Below are positions 9,702 to 19,122 of a stretch of 64,000 bases of DNA, piece after piece. The notes beneath the pieces are model-generated. The model did not search any database and had not been told where the DNA came from. It worked only from the letters and a program-made list of their open reading frames with translations. How positions within the stretch are numbered: position 1 is the first letter of the stretch; each line of letters starts with the position of its first letter. The position numbers and the translations under genes are program-made. This stretch comes from an uncultured Verrucomicrobiae bacterium. Its GTDB lineage: Bacteria; Verrucomicrobiota; Verrucomicrobiia; Limisphaerales; Palsa-1400. The DNA lies in assembly GCA_963764165.1 (NCBI GenBank), contig CAVXRD010000001.1:992001-1056000 (forward strand), read 5' to 3'.

Positions 9702-10673
9702 TCACATTAATTTCAGTTTCGGCAAATCCTGCAGATCGATCAACCCCACCGGCTCGCGCTTCGCGTTGACGACAATCAAGTCGTCAATGTTGCGCTGGTT
9801 GAAAATCTTCAGCGCTTCAACTGCAAGCGCTTGGTCGCGAATGCAGATTGGGTTGTGCGTCATCACGGTCGAGAGCGGCTTGGATAAAATGTCCTGGTCG
9901 TCGGCGGTGCGGCGGCGGAGGTCGCCATCGGTAAAGACGCCCGTCAATTTTCCTTTCGCGCTGACAATGCTGACGCTGCCCGATTTCGCCCGGGTCATGA
10001 GCAGCAGGGCTTCCTTCACGGTAATGGTGTCGAAAGCCACGGCATTGCGATCGCCCGTGCGCATGATGTCGCAAACTTTCATCAGCAAGGCGCGCCCAAT
10101 CGCGCCGGACGGATGGTGCCGCGCGTAATCCTTCTCCTTGAAGCCGCGCGCCTGCAAGACCGTCATCGCCAGCGCGTCGCCCAGCGCGAGCGTGGCGGTG
10201 GTGCTGGCGGTCGGGGCCAGATTGAACGGACACGCTTCCTTCGGCACTTTGACGTTGAGCACGACATCGCTGTAGCGGGCGAGCGATGATTTGACGGAGC
10301 CGGTCATGGCAATGATCTTGACGGAGAAACGCTTCAATGCGCCGAGAAGATTCAGCAATTCCTCCGACTCGCCCGAATAGCTTAGCGCGAGAATGACATC
10401 CCCATCGCTGACAATCCCCAAATCGCCATGCAGCGCATCGACGCCATGCAGAAACACGCTGGTGGAACCAGTGCTGGTCAAAGTCGCGGCAATCTTCTGT
10501 CCGACGTTGCCGGATTTGCCGATGCCGACCACCACGATTTTGCCGCGCTGCCGCAAGGTCTCGATCACAATTTCGACTGCCTGGGTGAAAGAGCCGTCCA
10601 GTTGTTCGCGCACCGCTTTCAAACCTGCGATTTCGATGTCGAGCACTTGCCGCGCCTTGGCGAGATGATCCAT
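9702..10673 (-). CDS. kdsD: arabinose 5-phosphate isomerase, KpsF/GutQ family (SIS + CBS domains)
   Basis: GIGKSG..G.KIAATL.STG, HGDLG, EACPFNLAPTASTT, HPSG, FTDGDLRR. Confidence 0.95.
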   Translation of the reverse strand: MDHLAKARQVLDIEIAGLKAVREQLDGSFTQAVEIVIETLRQRGKIVVVGIGKSGNVGQKIAATLTSTGSTSVFLHGVDALHGDLGIVSDGDVILALSYSGESEELLNLLGALKRFSVKIIAMTGSVKSSLARYSDVVLNVKVPKEACPFNLAPTASTTATLALGDALAMTVLQARGFKEKDYARHHPSGAIGRALLMKVCDIMRTGDRNAVAFDTITVKEALLLMTRAKSGSVSIVSAKGKLTGVFTDGDLRRRTADDQDILSKPLSTVMTHNPICIRDQALAVEALKIFNQRNIDDLIVVNAKREPVGLIDLQDLPKLKLM

Positions 10674-10788
10674 GCCGCGAGGTTGCCAGCAAGCTGCGCG
10701 CAATTCAACCTGTCTTCCGAAGCCACGCTCTGCCACCCGGCAACCGCCTTCCAAACCAAAGTGCAATGCGTGAGGGAGCCCGACTGGC

Positions 10789-11220
10789 CGCGAAAAACCA
10801 AGGGTGCAATAGGGTGAAATAGAGTGCAACGCGCAGACCATGTATGGATTGCCCTGCGTATTGGCCCGCAGCCGTTCGGTTCGTTTCTGTTTTCAGTCGA
10901 ACGGGAACCCGGCGCCGCCGTTGTCGGGCATTTGCCTGCAGATACCAAGCAGGGCACTGGCAGCGCGCAGCATTCAATGCGCATATAATATAATCTCCAA
11001 AAACCAGTTACACCCGTTACATCGCTGAGCATCAACCAGATAACCCGCTGCATCTGCCGTTATGGACCCGCTACAAACCCGCTACATTTCTTCAAGGCGG
11101 GAAGTCTCCGGGGGATCCGCAATATTTCAAAGAACACGCCCTGAAGGCCACAGGGTGAAAATAAGGCCAAAAATTCCAAAAGTCAATTAATCTTGCACTT
11201 GCGCGTTTATGTGGTATTGT
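10789..11220. promoter_or_regulatory. conserved non-coding cassette, copy 1 (10-bp repeat x3, boxA-like motif, back-to-back promoters)
   Basis: Three blocks shared with 47942-48190; leftward TTGACT-N17-TATTTT (11186-11158); rightward TTGCAC-N16-TATTGT with TGn (11193-11220). Confidence 0.7.
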
Positions 11221-11267
11221 GCCCTTGTGGACATTCTGCGCAGCCGGACTAAATTGATACGGGTGCC

Positions 11268-12446
11268 ATGATGAAAATTTTATTGCTGTTTCTTATTTTC
11301 CTGGGTTGTTCCGCTGTCGTCGCGCAGCCTTTTGGCATAGCCAGATCCGCTTTCGCCTTCAACAAGTTCAGTTTCAAACTGCTTGCCCAATCGCGCCAGT
11401 CCCTGTCGAGGACAAATTATTTCCTCAGCCCAGCCGGGCTTGCCTTTGCGCTTTCGATGCTGGAAAACGGCGCGCAAGGGGAGACTTCGAATCAGATCAT
11501 GGCCACGCTTCAGGCCGAGGGGATTTCGCTGGATGAGCTAAATGAGAACAACAAACTTTTCACCCATTCGCTGGCCGCACTGAATGACTCGGTGAAGCTG
11601 GACATCGCCAATGCCATCTGGATCAACGGCAATGCGCCCGTAAAAAGCCGATTCATTTCTGTCAACCAGAAGTATTATGACGCGGCCGTGCAGAGCGAGA
11701 ATTTCAGCGACCCGCAAACCGTGGCCGATATCAACCACTGGGCCGCGGAAAAAACGAATCATAAGATATCCAAGATGTTCGATCCCCCGCTCGACCCCAC
11801 TCTGCAGCTTATCCTGCTGAACGCGATTTATTTTAAGGGGGCGTGGGAAGCCAAATTCGATGCGAATCAAACACACGAACTTCCTTTCACGCTGGCCGGC
11901 GGCGCAGTCATCCAGCATCCCCGGATGAGCCATTCGGCGCACTATCCTTATTACGAGGACGACCAATGCCAGATGGTGGAATTAAAATATAAAGGCGGCG
12001 ATCTCAGCATGGTCGTCGTGCTTCCGAAACAGCCGCTGGACGGGTTCTTGAAATCATTCGATGCCGCTCCATTTGAAAGGGCGCTGGGGAAATTGAAGCA
12101 AGGCAAAGGGACGGTCGAGATTCCGAAATTCAAAATCGAGAATGAGTACGAACTGAGCGGCGTCCTTCAATCCATGGGAATGAAGCTCGCTTTTAGCCCT
12201 AAAGCCGATTTTCGGGAGTTGTCCGACAATCCCCTCTTTGTGAGCTTTGTCAAACACAAGACTTATGTGGACGTGAACGAAGAAGGCACCGAAGCGGCGG
12301 CGGTGACAGCCGTTGGCGTCCGGGCCATGATCGCGATGAGAGAACACCCGTTCCAATTTGTGGTGGATCGCCCATTCCTGATGGCCATCCGCGACCGCAA
12401 GACTGGTTTGATTTTATTTCTTGGCGCTATTTTTGATCCTCGTTAA
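11268..12446 (+). CDS. secreted serpin (serine protease inhibitor)
   Basis: Signal peptide; FLSP, NAIYFKGAW, IPKFKIE, VDVNEEGTEAAAVT hinge, FVVDRPFL. Confidence 0.96.
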   Translation: MMKILLLFLIFLGCSAVVAQPFGIARSAFAFNKFSFKLLAQSRQSLSRTNYFLSPAGLAFALSMLENGAQGETSNQIMATLQAEGISLDELNENNKLFTHSLAALNDSVKLDIANAIWINGNAPVKSRFISVNQKYYDAAVQSENFSDPQTVADINHWAAEKTNHKISKMFDPPLDPTLQLILLNAIYFKGAWEAKFDANQTHELPFTLAGGAVIQHPRMSHSAHYPYYEDDQCQMVELKYKGGDLSMVVVLPKQPLDGFLKSFDAAPFERALGKLKQGKGTVEIPKFKIENEYELSGVLQSMGMKLAFSPKADFRELSDNPLFVSFVKHKTYVDVNEEGTEAAAVTAVGVRAMIAMREHPFQFVVDRPFLMAIRDRKTGLILFLGAIFDPR

Positions 12447-12602
12447 GCGCCAAGACTTGCTGGCCGTGCGCGGTGAAATTGGTCAGCCCGGAGGGTTTGG
12501 GCGATCCCAGAAAATTCATCAAGCGCGCACACAGCCCGCTGAGCAACCCAAACTTCTTTCCAGCGTGACCCTTTCCGGCCGATTCCATCATGGGCTTCAG
12601 CG

Positions 12603-14105
12603 TTACGCTTTGCCCGCGAGCTTTCCGTCGAGGCACTCGCGGACAACGCTGGCCAGGCGGCTGGGCGGATAGGGCTTGGCCAGGAAATTGAAACCTTCCA
12701 TCAGCGCAATGTCCTTGCCGGCCATGCCGGGACTGTAGCCGCTGGTGTAAATTACTTTCAGCGTCGCATCTTCGGCCAGAAGACGCTCGGCCAATTGGCG
12801 CCCGGACATCCCCTCGGGCATCACCATGTCTGTCAATAATAAATCTATTTCCGACCGGTGCTTGTCCCAGACCTTCAGCGCCTCCACGCCCGTGCGCGCC
12901 TGCAGGATGCGGTAGCCGCACAGCTCCAGCACGCTGACCACCAGCTCGCGCAAGGCGGGCTCGTCTTCCACCACCAGAATCGTTTCGTCGCCCAGCGACA
13001 TGGCGGATGGGGTCAGCAGCGGCGGGGGCGCGGCGGGCGGCGCGACCGGCTTCGCGCTGACGGGGAGGAAGATCGTGAAGATCGAGCCTTCGCCCGGCTT
13101 GCTGTCAACCACAACCCATCCGCGGTGCTGCTTGACGATTCCATAAACGGTCGCCAGCCCAAGACCGGTTCCCTTGCCGGGCTCCTTGGTGGTGAAAAAC
13201 GGCTCGAACATGTGGGCCAGGGTGTTCGCATCCATCCCGCAGCCTGTGTCCGCGACTGTCAAACAAACGAATTCTCCGGGCCGCGCCTCGGGGTTCAGCA
13301 GCGATGACACCGGCTCCAGCGTTTGCAGCGAAGTGGTCACCACCAGGCGCCCGCCATGGCGCATCGCGTCCTTGGCGTTGATGACCAGATTGAACAACAC
13401 CTGCTCAATCATCCCAACATCGATCCCCACGAAAGGAAGTTCGGGCGCGGCGGTGAATTCAAAGATGACATTCTCGCCGACCAAGCCATGGAGCATCGGC
13501 GTGATGCTCTGGATGACCTCGTTGAGCGACACCTGCCGCTGCTGCATGACTTGCTTGCGGCTGAACATGAGCAGTTGGTTGATGAGCTGGCTGGCGCGTT
13601 CGGCGGCGGCCGCGACCTGGCGGATGGAATTTTCGTTTTTCGGGCCGAGGTCGGGAATTTGCAGGAGCAATTCCGCGTGGCCCTGTATGATGGTCAGGAT
13701 GTTATTGAAATCGTGCGCCACGCCCGCCGCCAATTGGCCGACCGCCTCCATTTTCACCGAGTGCCGCAACTGCGATTCAAGGTTCAGGCGCTCGGTGATG
13801 TCCGAGCCGTAACAATGCACGCGGTTGCTGCCGGGGACCGGAATAAACTCCCACGAGAAGGTGCGCCCGAACCGGGTCGTGTGGACATTGGCGCGGCTTT
13901 CGCCGCTGGCAAGGCAGGCCAAGATGATGAGCGCCGTATCTTCCGGCACAACCGCGGCGAGCGATTCCTCGCCCAGCGCCTTGGCCAGCCTCTTGCCGGA
14001 CTCGTTGCAATAAGTCATCGATCCGTCCGCAGTGAATTCCACCACGGGATTCGGGTCGGTCATTGGAAACGACGCAAGCCGACGTATATGATCCTCTTGG
14101 TCCAT
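12603..14105 (-). CDS. cytoplasmic hybrid sensor histidine kinase (PAS-HisKA-HATPase-REC), CckA-like
   Basis: [51 protein letters not shown]. Confidence 0.93.
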   Translation of the reverse strand: MDQEDHIRRLASFPMTDPNPVVEFTADGSMTYCNESGKRLAKALGEESLAAVVPEDTALIILACLASGESRANVHTTRFGRTFSWEFIPVPGSNRVHCYGSDITERLNLESQLRHSVKMEAVGQLAAGVAHDFNNILTIIQGHAELLLQIPDLGPKNENSIRQVAAAAERASQLINQLLMFSRKQVMQQRQVSLNEVIQSITPMLHGLVGENVIFEFTAAPELPFVGIDVGMIEQVLFNLVINAKDAMRHGGRLVVTTSLQTLEPVSSLLNPEARPGEFVCLTVADTGCGMDANTLAHMFEPFFTTKEPGKGTGLGLATVYGIVKQHRGWVVVDSKPGEGSIFTIFLPVSAKPVAPPAAPPPLLTPSAMSLGDETILVVEDEPALRELVVSVLELCGYRILQARTGVEALKVWDKHRSEIDLLLTDMVMPEGMSGRQLAERLLAEDATLKVIYTSGYSPGMAGKDIALMEGFNFLAKPYPPSRLASVVRECLDGKLAGKA

Positions 14106-14126
14106 GGATAGGGTTCCAGACAAATA

Positions 14127-14537
14127 TTACGGCGCCGCAACAGGCGCCGGGGTTTCACGTTTTCTGGCGGCGCCCAGCGCATGTTGTTGAATTCGTGCGC
14201 GAGTCCCGAAATCAGGTTTCAGGGCTTGTTCGGCCTGTTTCCGTTCAGTGATTTGCCGCTGTAAATTCCGCGCTCCTTCTTCTATCAATCGGAAAAACTC
14301 CTCATGCCGGCGGCGCACGGCCTCCACCGCCGCCAGCCCCGCCGCGAATGCGCCCGGCAAAATGACGCAAATAATTTGAAGGGCGCCGGAATCCAGCGAG
14401 AATGGCAGCGCCGCCAATGATCGGCCAGAGATGGTGCGCAATTCAAGGGCCGAGACCTGGAGACACGACACCGCCAAAGCAGCGGCCACCCATTGAATAT
14501 GGTGGCCCGGCAAGCTTTTCCAAAAATCAATCTGCAT
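14127..14537 (-). pseudogene. degraded membrane sensor-kinase remnant
   Basis: Hydrophobic segments, then ITERKQAEQAL linker; H-box LISGLAHEFNN follows in a shifted frame (14215-14183), then homology stops. Confidence 0.6.
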
Positions 14538-14723
14538 GTCGCGATACATTTTCACGGATATACCGGCAACGGCTTGAAGACAGCGGCCAATCCTAATTCC
14601 GAGTTTTTGAATTTCAACAAGAAAACGCGAGTCAACATCAAAAAAAAGCAATAAACATGCGGTTTTTAGGCACTTCCGGCTTTTTGCAATGGCCGCGCGA
14701 GTCTGCGCTGTTCTTATGACAGC

Positions 14724-16205
14724 TTAGCTTTGGCCGGTTCCGCGAATTGCAATATTTGGCGGACCCCGGAACCGTTTGCGCTCAAAACCGAACCAGGCCA
14801 TGAGCATGAGAGCACCCGTTCCAGCCAGAATGCGCACGGCGATTTCATTGGGCGGCTGCACGCCGATGAAGATCAGGCCCAGGCACCCGATTGTCGAAAT
14901 AATTGCCATCGGCTTGTAGCCTGCGCCGAGGTGCCACGGGCCCATCGCCGTCCAAGTCCGTCCATGCGCCAGCAGGCCGGCGAAAATGGGGAGCACGTAA
15001 GAAATGTAAAGGAACACCGCGCAAACCGCCGCGATGGTGGTGTATTCCACCCAGAACATGAAAGCCAGCGCCAGCCCCGCGCACGCCCAAATCGAGGCGA
15101 AGGGCGTTTTCAGCGTCGGCGACACCTGCCGGAGAAAATCGGAGCCGGGCAGCCCGCCGTCGCGCGCGAACGCAAACATCATGCGCGAAGCCGAGGTGAC
15201 CGTGGCCAATCCGCAAAAATATTGCGCCATCCCGATGCTGACATAGAGCACCATGGCCACCGGTTTCGGCAGAGTGGAGTTCAGGATGAAATAAAACACG
15301 CTGCCGCCCGCTTGGGCCGCCTTGTCCATATCGGGAGCGGCCAGCACCAGCGCGATGAGCATGATCCAGCCGAAAATTCCCGACACTGCCACTGATCGAA
15401 TTATCCCGCGCGGCGCGTTCACGGCGGCGCTGACGGTTTCCTCCGCCGCATGCGCCGAGGCATCAAATCCGGTGATGGTGTAAGCGGGCAGCAGCAACCC
15501 AAGCGCGAACACCCACCAAATTCTGTCGGAGTGAGGCACGACCGCCCCATCCTTGGGAATGCCGCTGTAATTCGCAAACGTCACCAGCCGCGACCAATCC
15601 CAATGCGGCGTGTAATGAAACAACGCCACCGCCAGCGCGATTGAAGCGACCAGGATCAGATAGCCGCAAAAGTCGGTCAGCAGTGTTGTCAATCGAATAC
15701 CTCGATGATTCAGCCACGCCTGGCTGAGGACGATGGCCGCCATTCCGGCGTTGCGAATGGCATGCGCGTGTGGATTCTCTGGCTGAGGAAACGCGCCCAT
15801 CATAAAGTCGTAGAATCCAGCATCCACCGCCGCCGCCACCGTGATGAGTCCGGCCAGATTGCACCACGCCGTGACCCATCCCCACCCTTTGCCTCCCAGA
15901 ATCGAAGCCCAATGATACAATCCGCCCGCCGTCGGAAAAGCTGAGGCAATTTGCGCCATGCTCATCGCCACCACCATCGAGAAAATGCAGAAGAGCGGCC
16001 AGCCGACGCCAATGGACGCTCCTCCCGCCGTGCAGAACCCGACCGAGAATGAGGTGACGCCGCCAGCCAGGATGCAAATGATGGAAAGGGAAATGGCGAA
16101 GTTGGAAAAGCCCGACATGCGCCGGGCCAGTTCCTGTTTATATCCCATCCGCTGCAGCGTCAATTCGTCAGCAGTCAGATTTATTGCCTTCTCGTCTGGT
16201 TCCAT
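14724..16205 (-). CDS. APC-superfamily amino acid/polyamine permease
   Basis: GYKQELARRMSGFSNFAISLS, SAFPTAGGLY, GFDASAHAAEET, SRMMFAFARDG; ~12 TM segments. Confidence 0.93.
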   Translation of the reverse strand: MEPDEKAINLTADELTLQRMGYKQELARRMSGFSNFAISLSIICILAGGVTSFSVGFCTAGGASIGVGWPLFCIFSMVVAMSMAQIASAFPTAGGLYHWASILGGKGWGWVTAWCNLAGLITVAAAVDAGFYDFMMGAFPQPENPHAHAIRNAGMAAIVLSQAWLNHRGIRLTTLLTDFCGYLILVASIALAVALFHYTPHWDWSRLVTFANYSGIPKDGAVVPHSDRIWWVFALGLLLPAYTITGFDASAHAAEETVSAAVNAPRGIIRSVAVSGIFGWIMLIALVLAAPDMDKAAQAGGSVFYFILNSTLPKPVAMVLYVSIGMAQYFCGLATVTSASRMMFAFARDGGLPGSDFLRQVSPTLKTPFASIWACAGLALAFMFWVEYTTIAAVCAVFLYISYVLPIFAGLLAHGRTWTAMGPWHLGAGYKPMAIISTIGCLGLIFIGVQPPNEIAVRILAGTGALMLMAWFGFERKRFRGPPNIAIRGTGQS

Positions 16206-16217
16206 TTTAACAACGCC

Positions 16218-16356
16218 CGGCAGGGCGGGGCTGCCTCCTGCCGAGCCATTCCGATTATTCCCATCACTCCCATTCCTCCCATCTCCCCTGCGAATAATGG
16301 AATAATGGGAATTATGAAAGTGATGGGACGGCTCGGGAGGAGCCTCGCCCTTCCGG
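16218..16356. repeat. REP family B inverted doublet with periodic CCCAT/ATGGG inner arms
   Basis: GCAGGGCGGGGCTGCCTCCTGCCGAGCC ... GGCTCGGGAGGAGCCTCGCCCTTCC; inner 9-nt tandem units in inverted orientation. Confidence 0.8.
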
Positions 16357-16374
16357 CTTCATTTATTGGCGCAA

Positions 16375-17442
16375 TCACCCGGGGCGATTGGGCTGCACCA
16401 CAGCCAGCCCTTTCAAAAGATCAAGCGCCCGCGCCAGCGCCGGATCGGCGACCACGGGCGCGGGATCCGCAAGGTCCGGCGCATCGCGCAAGTCGGGAGC
16501 GGCATTGTCATCGCCGCTCTTGTGGCGGCGAATCAAACTGACTTCGTTAAGGCGCGGTTCCTCCGGGGCGGCATTCGCGAAGCCCCTCTTTGCGATTGCG
16601 GCCTGATGCAGAATCGCGAACGGATTCTGCATGTATGCTTTTTCATCCGCCGCGCTCGTGTTGATTTCGATATCCGGCGCGACGCCCTGCGGCAATGTTT
16701 TGCCATCGCCAAAAGCGACGTCGGCCACCGCCACCCGCAATTGGCTTCCGTTGCTCAGCGGGAATTCTTTGTAAACGTAGGCTGCTCCGGGCGTTTGCGA
16801 GCCGATGACAAGGCCGGCGCTGTTGTCGCGCAGCACGGCGGCGAGCGCTTCCGCCGCGCCCGTCGTTTCGGCGTTGACCAATATGGCGAGCGGAATCGTA
16901 ATGGCGTCGGCTTTGAGGGTGGCGTGGGCGGAACCCGTCCGCCAGTCAAGCAGCGGATGATCGGAATTGAGAAAGCAATCGGCCACTTTCGCCGCCGCCG
17001 CGTAATCCGCGCCGCCGGCAAAACGCAAATCGAGCACCAGCCCCTTGATCCTGGCGGCATTGGTTTGCCCCAATTGCTGAAAGGCCGCGCGAAACGTGTC
17101 AGGAAGATTTGCGGTGATCGCCGCCACGCCAATATAGCCAAACGATTTGTCAAATACACGCTGATCCGCGATGGTGGCCGCCTTGGACGTGTCCGCCGCC
17201 GGGCTTACGATGGAAACTTTGGGGCCCAATTCGTGAATCAATCCCATGACGGCTTTACGGTCCAATTGCTCCGCCGAAATCCCGGGAAGATTCGCCTTCA
17301 GCAATTTGGAGACTTCCTCCAGGGTCGGTCCCGCATGGGTGGCTTGTGCTGCGCTCGTTGGGGCGGAGTTGGATTGGGCCATCGCGGCGGGCGCGAGCGC
17401 GGCCAGCAGCATGGACAGCAGCATCGTTTTCGTTCTCATCAT
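16375..17442 (-). CDS. secreted S41 (CtpA-like) peptidase homologue, catalytic residues apparently replaced
   Basis: GLVLDLRF, LVN..T.GAAE, GV.PDI, D..L.RALDLLKG motifs; signal peptide. Confidence 0.8.
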   Translation of the reverse strand: MMRTKTMLLSMLLAALAPAAMAQSNSAPTSAAQATHAGPTLEEVSKLLKANLPGISAEQLDRKAVMGLIHELGPKVSIVSPAADTSKAATIADQRVFDKSFGYIGVAAITANLPDTFRAAFQQLGQTNAARIKGLVLDLRFAGGADYAAAAKVADCFLNSDHPLLDWRTGSAHATLKADAITIPLAILVNAETTGAAEALAAVLRDNSAGLVIGSQTPGAAYVYKEFPLSNGSQLRVAVADVAFGDGKTLPQGVAPDIEINTSAADEKAYMQNPFAILHQAAIAKRGFANAAPEEPRLNEVSLIRRHKSGDDNAAPDLRDAPDLADPAPVVADPALARALDLLKGLAVVQPNRPG

Positions 17443-17451
17443 CGGATTGGA

Positions 17452-18753
17452 TTATTCTCGGATGGCGGCTATCGCCTTCGCGCCAATATCGCGCCGAAAT
17501 TGCGCGCCGTCGAATTGAATCTGGCTGACAGCGGCGTAGGCCCGATTGCGCGCTTCGGCCAGCGTCTCGCCCAGGGCGGTCACACCCAGCACGCGCCCGC
17601 CGGCGGTGACAACGTTGTTCCCCTCCCGCGCGGTGCCGGCGTGAAAGATTTTCGTGTGCGGCAAGAGGCTCGCTTCTTCGAGACCTCGAATCACGCATCC
17701 CTTTTTCGCCGCGGCCGGGTAACCCGCCGACGCCATCACCACGCATGCCGCCACGCCGCCATATTGAATATCGCAATCCCCCAAAGTTCCGTCGATGCAC
17801 GCTTCGAGCAGATCGAGCAGATCGGTTTTGAGGCGCATCAAATAAACCTGCGCCTCCGGATCGCCCAGCCGCGCGTTGAATTCCAAGACTTTTGGGCCGT
17901 CATTGGTGAGCATCACTCCCGGATAAAGAACACCGCGAAAATCGATGCCCTCCGCCGCGCACCCGCGCACCCATGGGCCGAGGACGGCGTGCGAAACGGC
18001 TTCCAATTCGGGCGCGCTCAGAAAAGGCGTGGGCGAATACGCGCCCATGCCGCCGGTGTTGGGGCCGGTGTCATTTTCGCCAATGCGCTTGTGATCCTGG
18101 GACGTTGGAAAAATCCGGGTTGTTTTTCCATCGCACCACGCGTGCAGGGAAATTTCCATGCCCTCCAGCATTTCCTGGATGACGATGCGTTTTCCTGCCG
18201 GCCCGAACTTGTGGCCGACCAGCATTTCGTCGATGGCCTCGTTCGCTTCGGCCGCGTTTCGGCAAAGCAAGACGCCTTTTCCCAAGGCCAGCCCGTCCGC
18301 CTTGACAGCGCATTTGCCCTCCAGCGCCGCGGCGAAATCCCGGGCGGGCGCGGCTTCGGAAAAGACCATCGAGCGGGCCGTCGGAATTCCGTGCTTCTCC
18401 ATGAAATACTGGGAAAACGCCTTGGACGATTCAAATTGCGCCGCCTTGCGATTGGGCCCCCAAACGCGCAGGCCGTGCGACTGGAACAGATCAACAATGC
18501 CGAGCGCCAGCGGATTGTCCGGGCCGACGACGGTAAAATCGATATTTTTCCCGTTCGCCAGCGCCAAAAGCCCCGGCAAATCCTCCGCCGAGACGCTGGC
18601 GCATTGGACGGGCGACCCGCTGGCGGCAACAGTTTCCGCAGCAATTCCCGCATTGCCAGGCGCGCACCAAATGGCGGACGCCCGCGCCGATTGCGCGAGT
18701 TTCCAGACCAGCGCATGTTCGCGCCCCCCGGAGCCGATGACCAGAATTCTCAT
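17452..18753 (-). CDS. purD: phosphoribosylamine-glycine ligase
   Basis: ILVIGSGGREHAL, KADGLALGKGV, QDHKR, GPNTGGMGAYSP, EFNARLGDPE. Confidence 0.98.
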   Translation of the reverse strand: MRILVIGSGGREHALVWKLAQSARASAIWCAPGNAGIAAETVAASGSPVQCASVSAEDLPGLLALANGKNIDFTVVGPDNPLALGIVDLFQSHGLRVWGPNRKAAQFESSKAFSQYFMEKHGIPTARSMVFSEAAPARDFAAALEGKCAVKADGLALGKGVLLCRNAAEANEAIDEMLVGHKFGPAGKRIVIQEMLEGMEISLHAWCDGKTTRIFPTSQDHKRIGENDTGPNTGGMGAYSPTPFLSAPELEAVSHAVLGPWVRGCAAEGIDFRGVLYPGVMLTNDGPKVLEFNARLGDPEAQVYLMRLKTDLLDLLEACIDGTLGDCDIQYGGVAACVVMASAGYPAAAKKGCVIRGLEEASLLPHTKIFHAGTAREGNNVVTAGGRVLGVTALGETLAEARNRAYAAVSQIQFDGAQFRRDIGAKAIAAIRE

Positions 18754-18825
18754 GTGCGCCAAATTGAAGCAGGAACAATTCGGAGAAGCCAGTTCGCTGT
18801 TGCGTTCGGAAAAGAGGAATTTCTT

Positions 18826-19105
18826 AATCTGGAACTCATGAAATCAGGAAAAAGCGCGATCTTCGGAAAAATAGTCGAATTTGCTCCACTTTGGCCGCGC
18901 GCAGCGCGCTGCCGGTTCATCAAAGCTAATTTCGGCGCCAGCCAAGCAAATGCGGGGGTCGAAGGTCTCCGCCACTTGCTTTTGCAGGGCACTCTCCAAA
19001 GGCCAACAGAAGGCAACAAAGGCAACGAAGAACTGCTAATCCGCACCCACACACCCGTTGGTTTGAACAGTTTCAGCTCAGCCATTCATCCCGTTGATCC
19101 CGTCT
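18826..19105. repeat. cluster of single arms from several periodic repeat families
   Basis: AATCTGGAACTCATGAAATCAGGAA (18826-18850), ACAGAAGGCAACAAAGGCAACGAAG (~19006-19030), ATCCCGTTGATCCCGTC (~19088-19104). Confidence 0.55.
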
Positions 19106-19122
19106 CAATTTCTTCCCATGGG

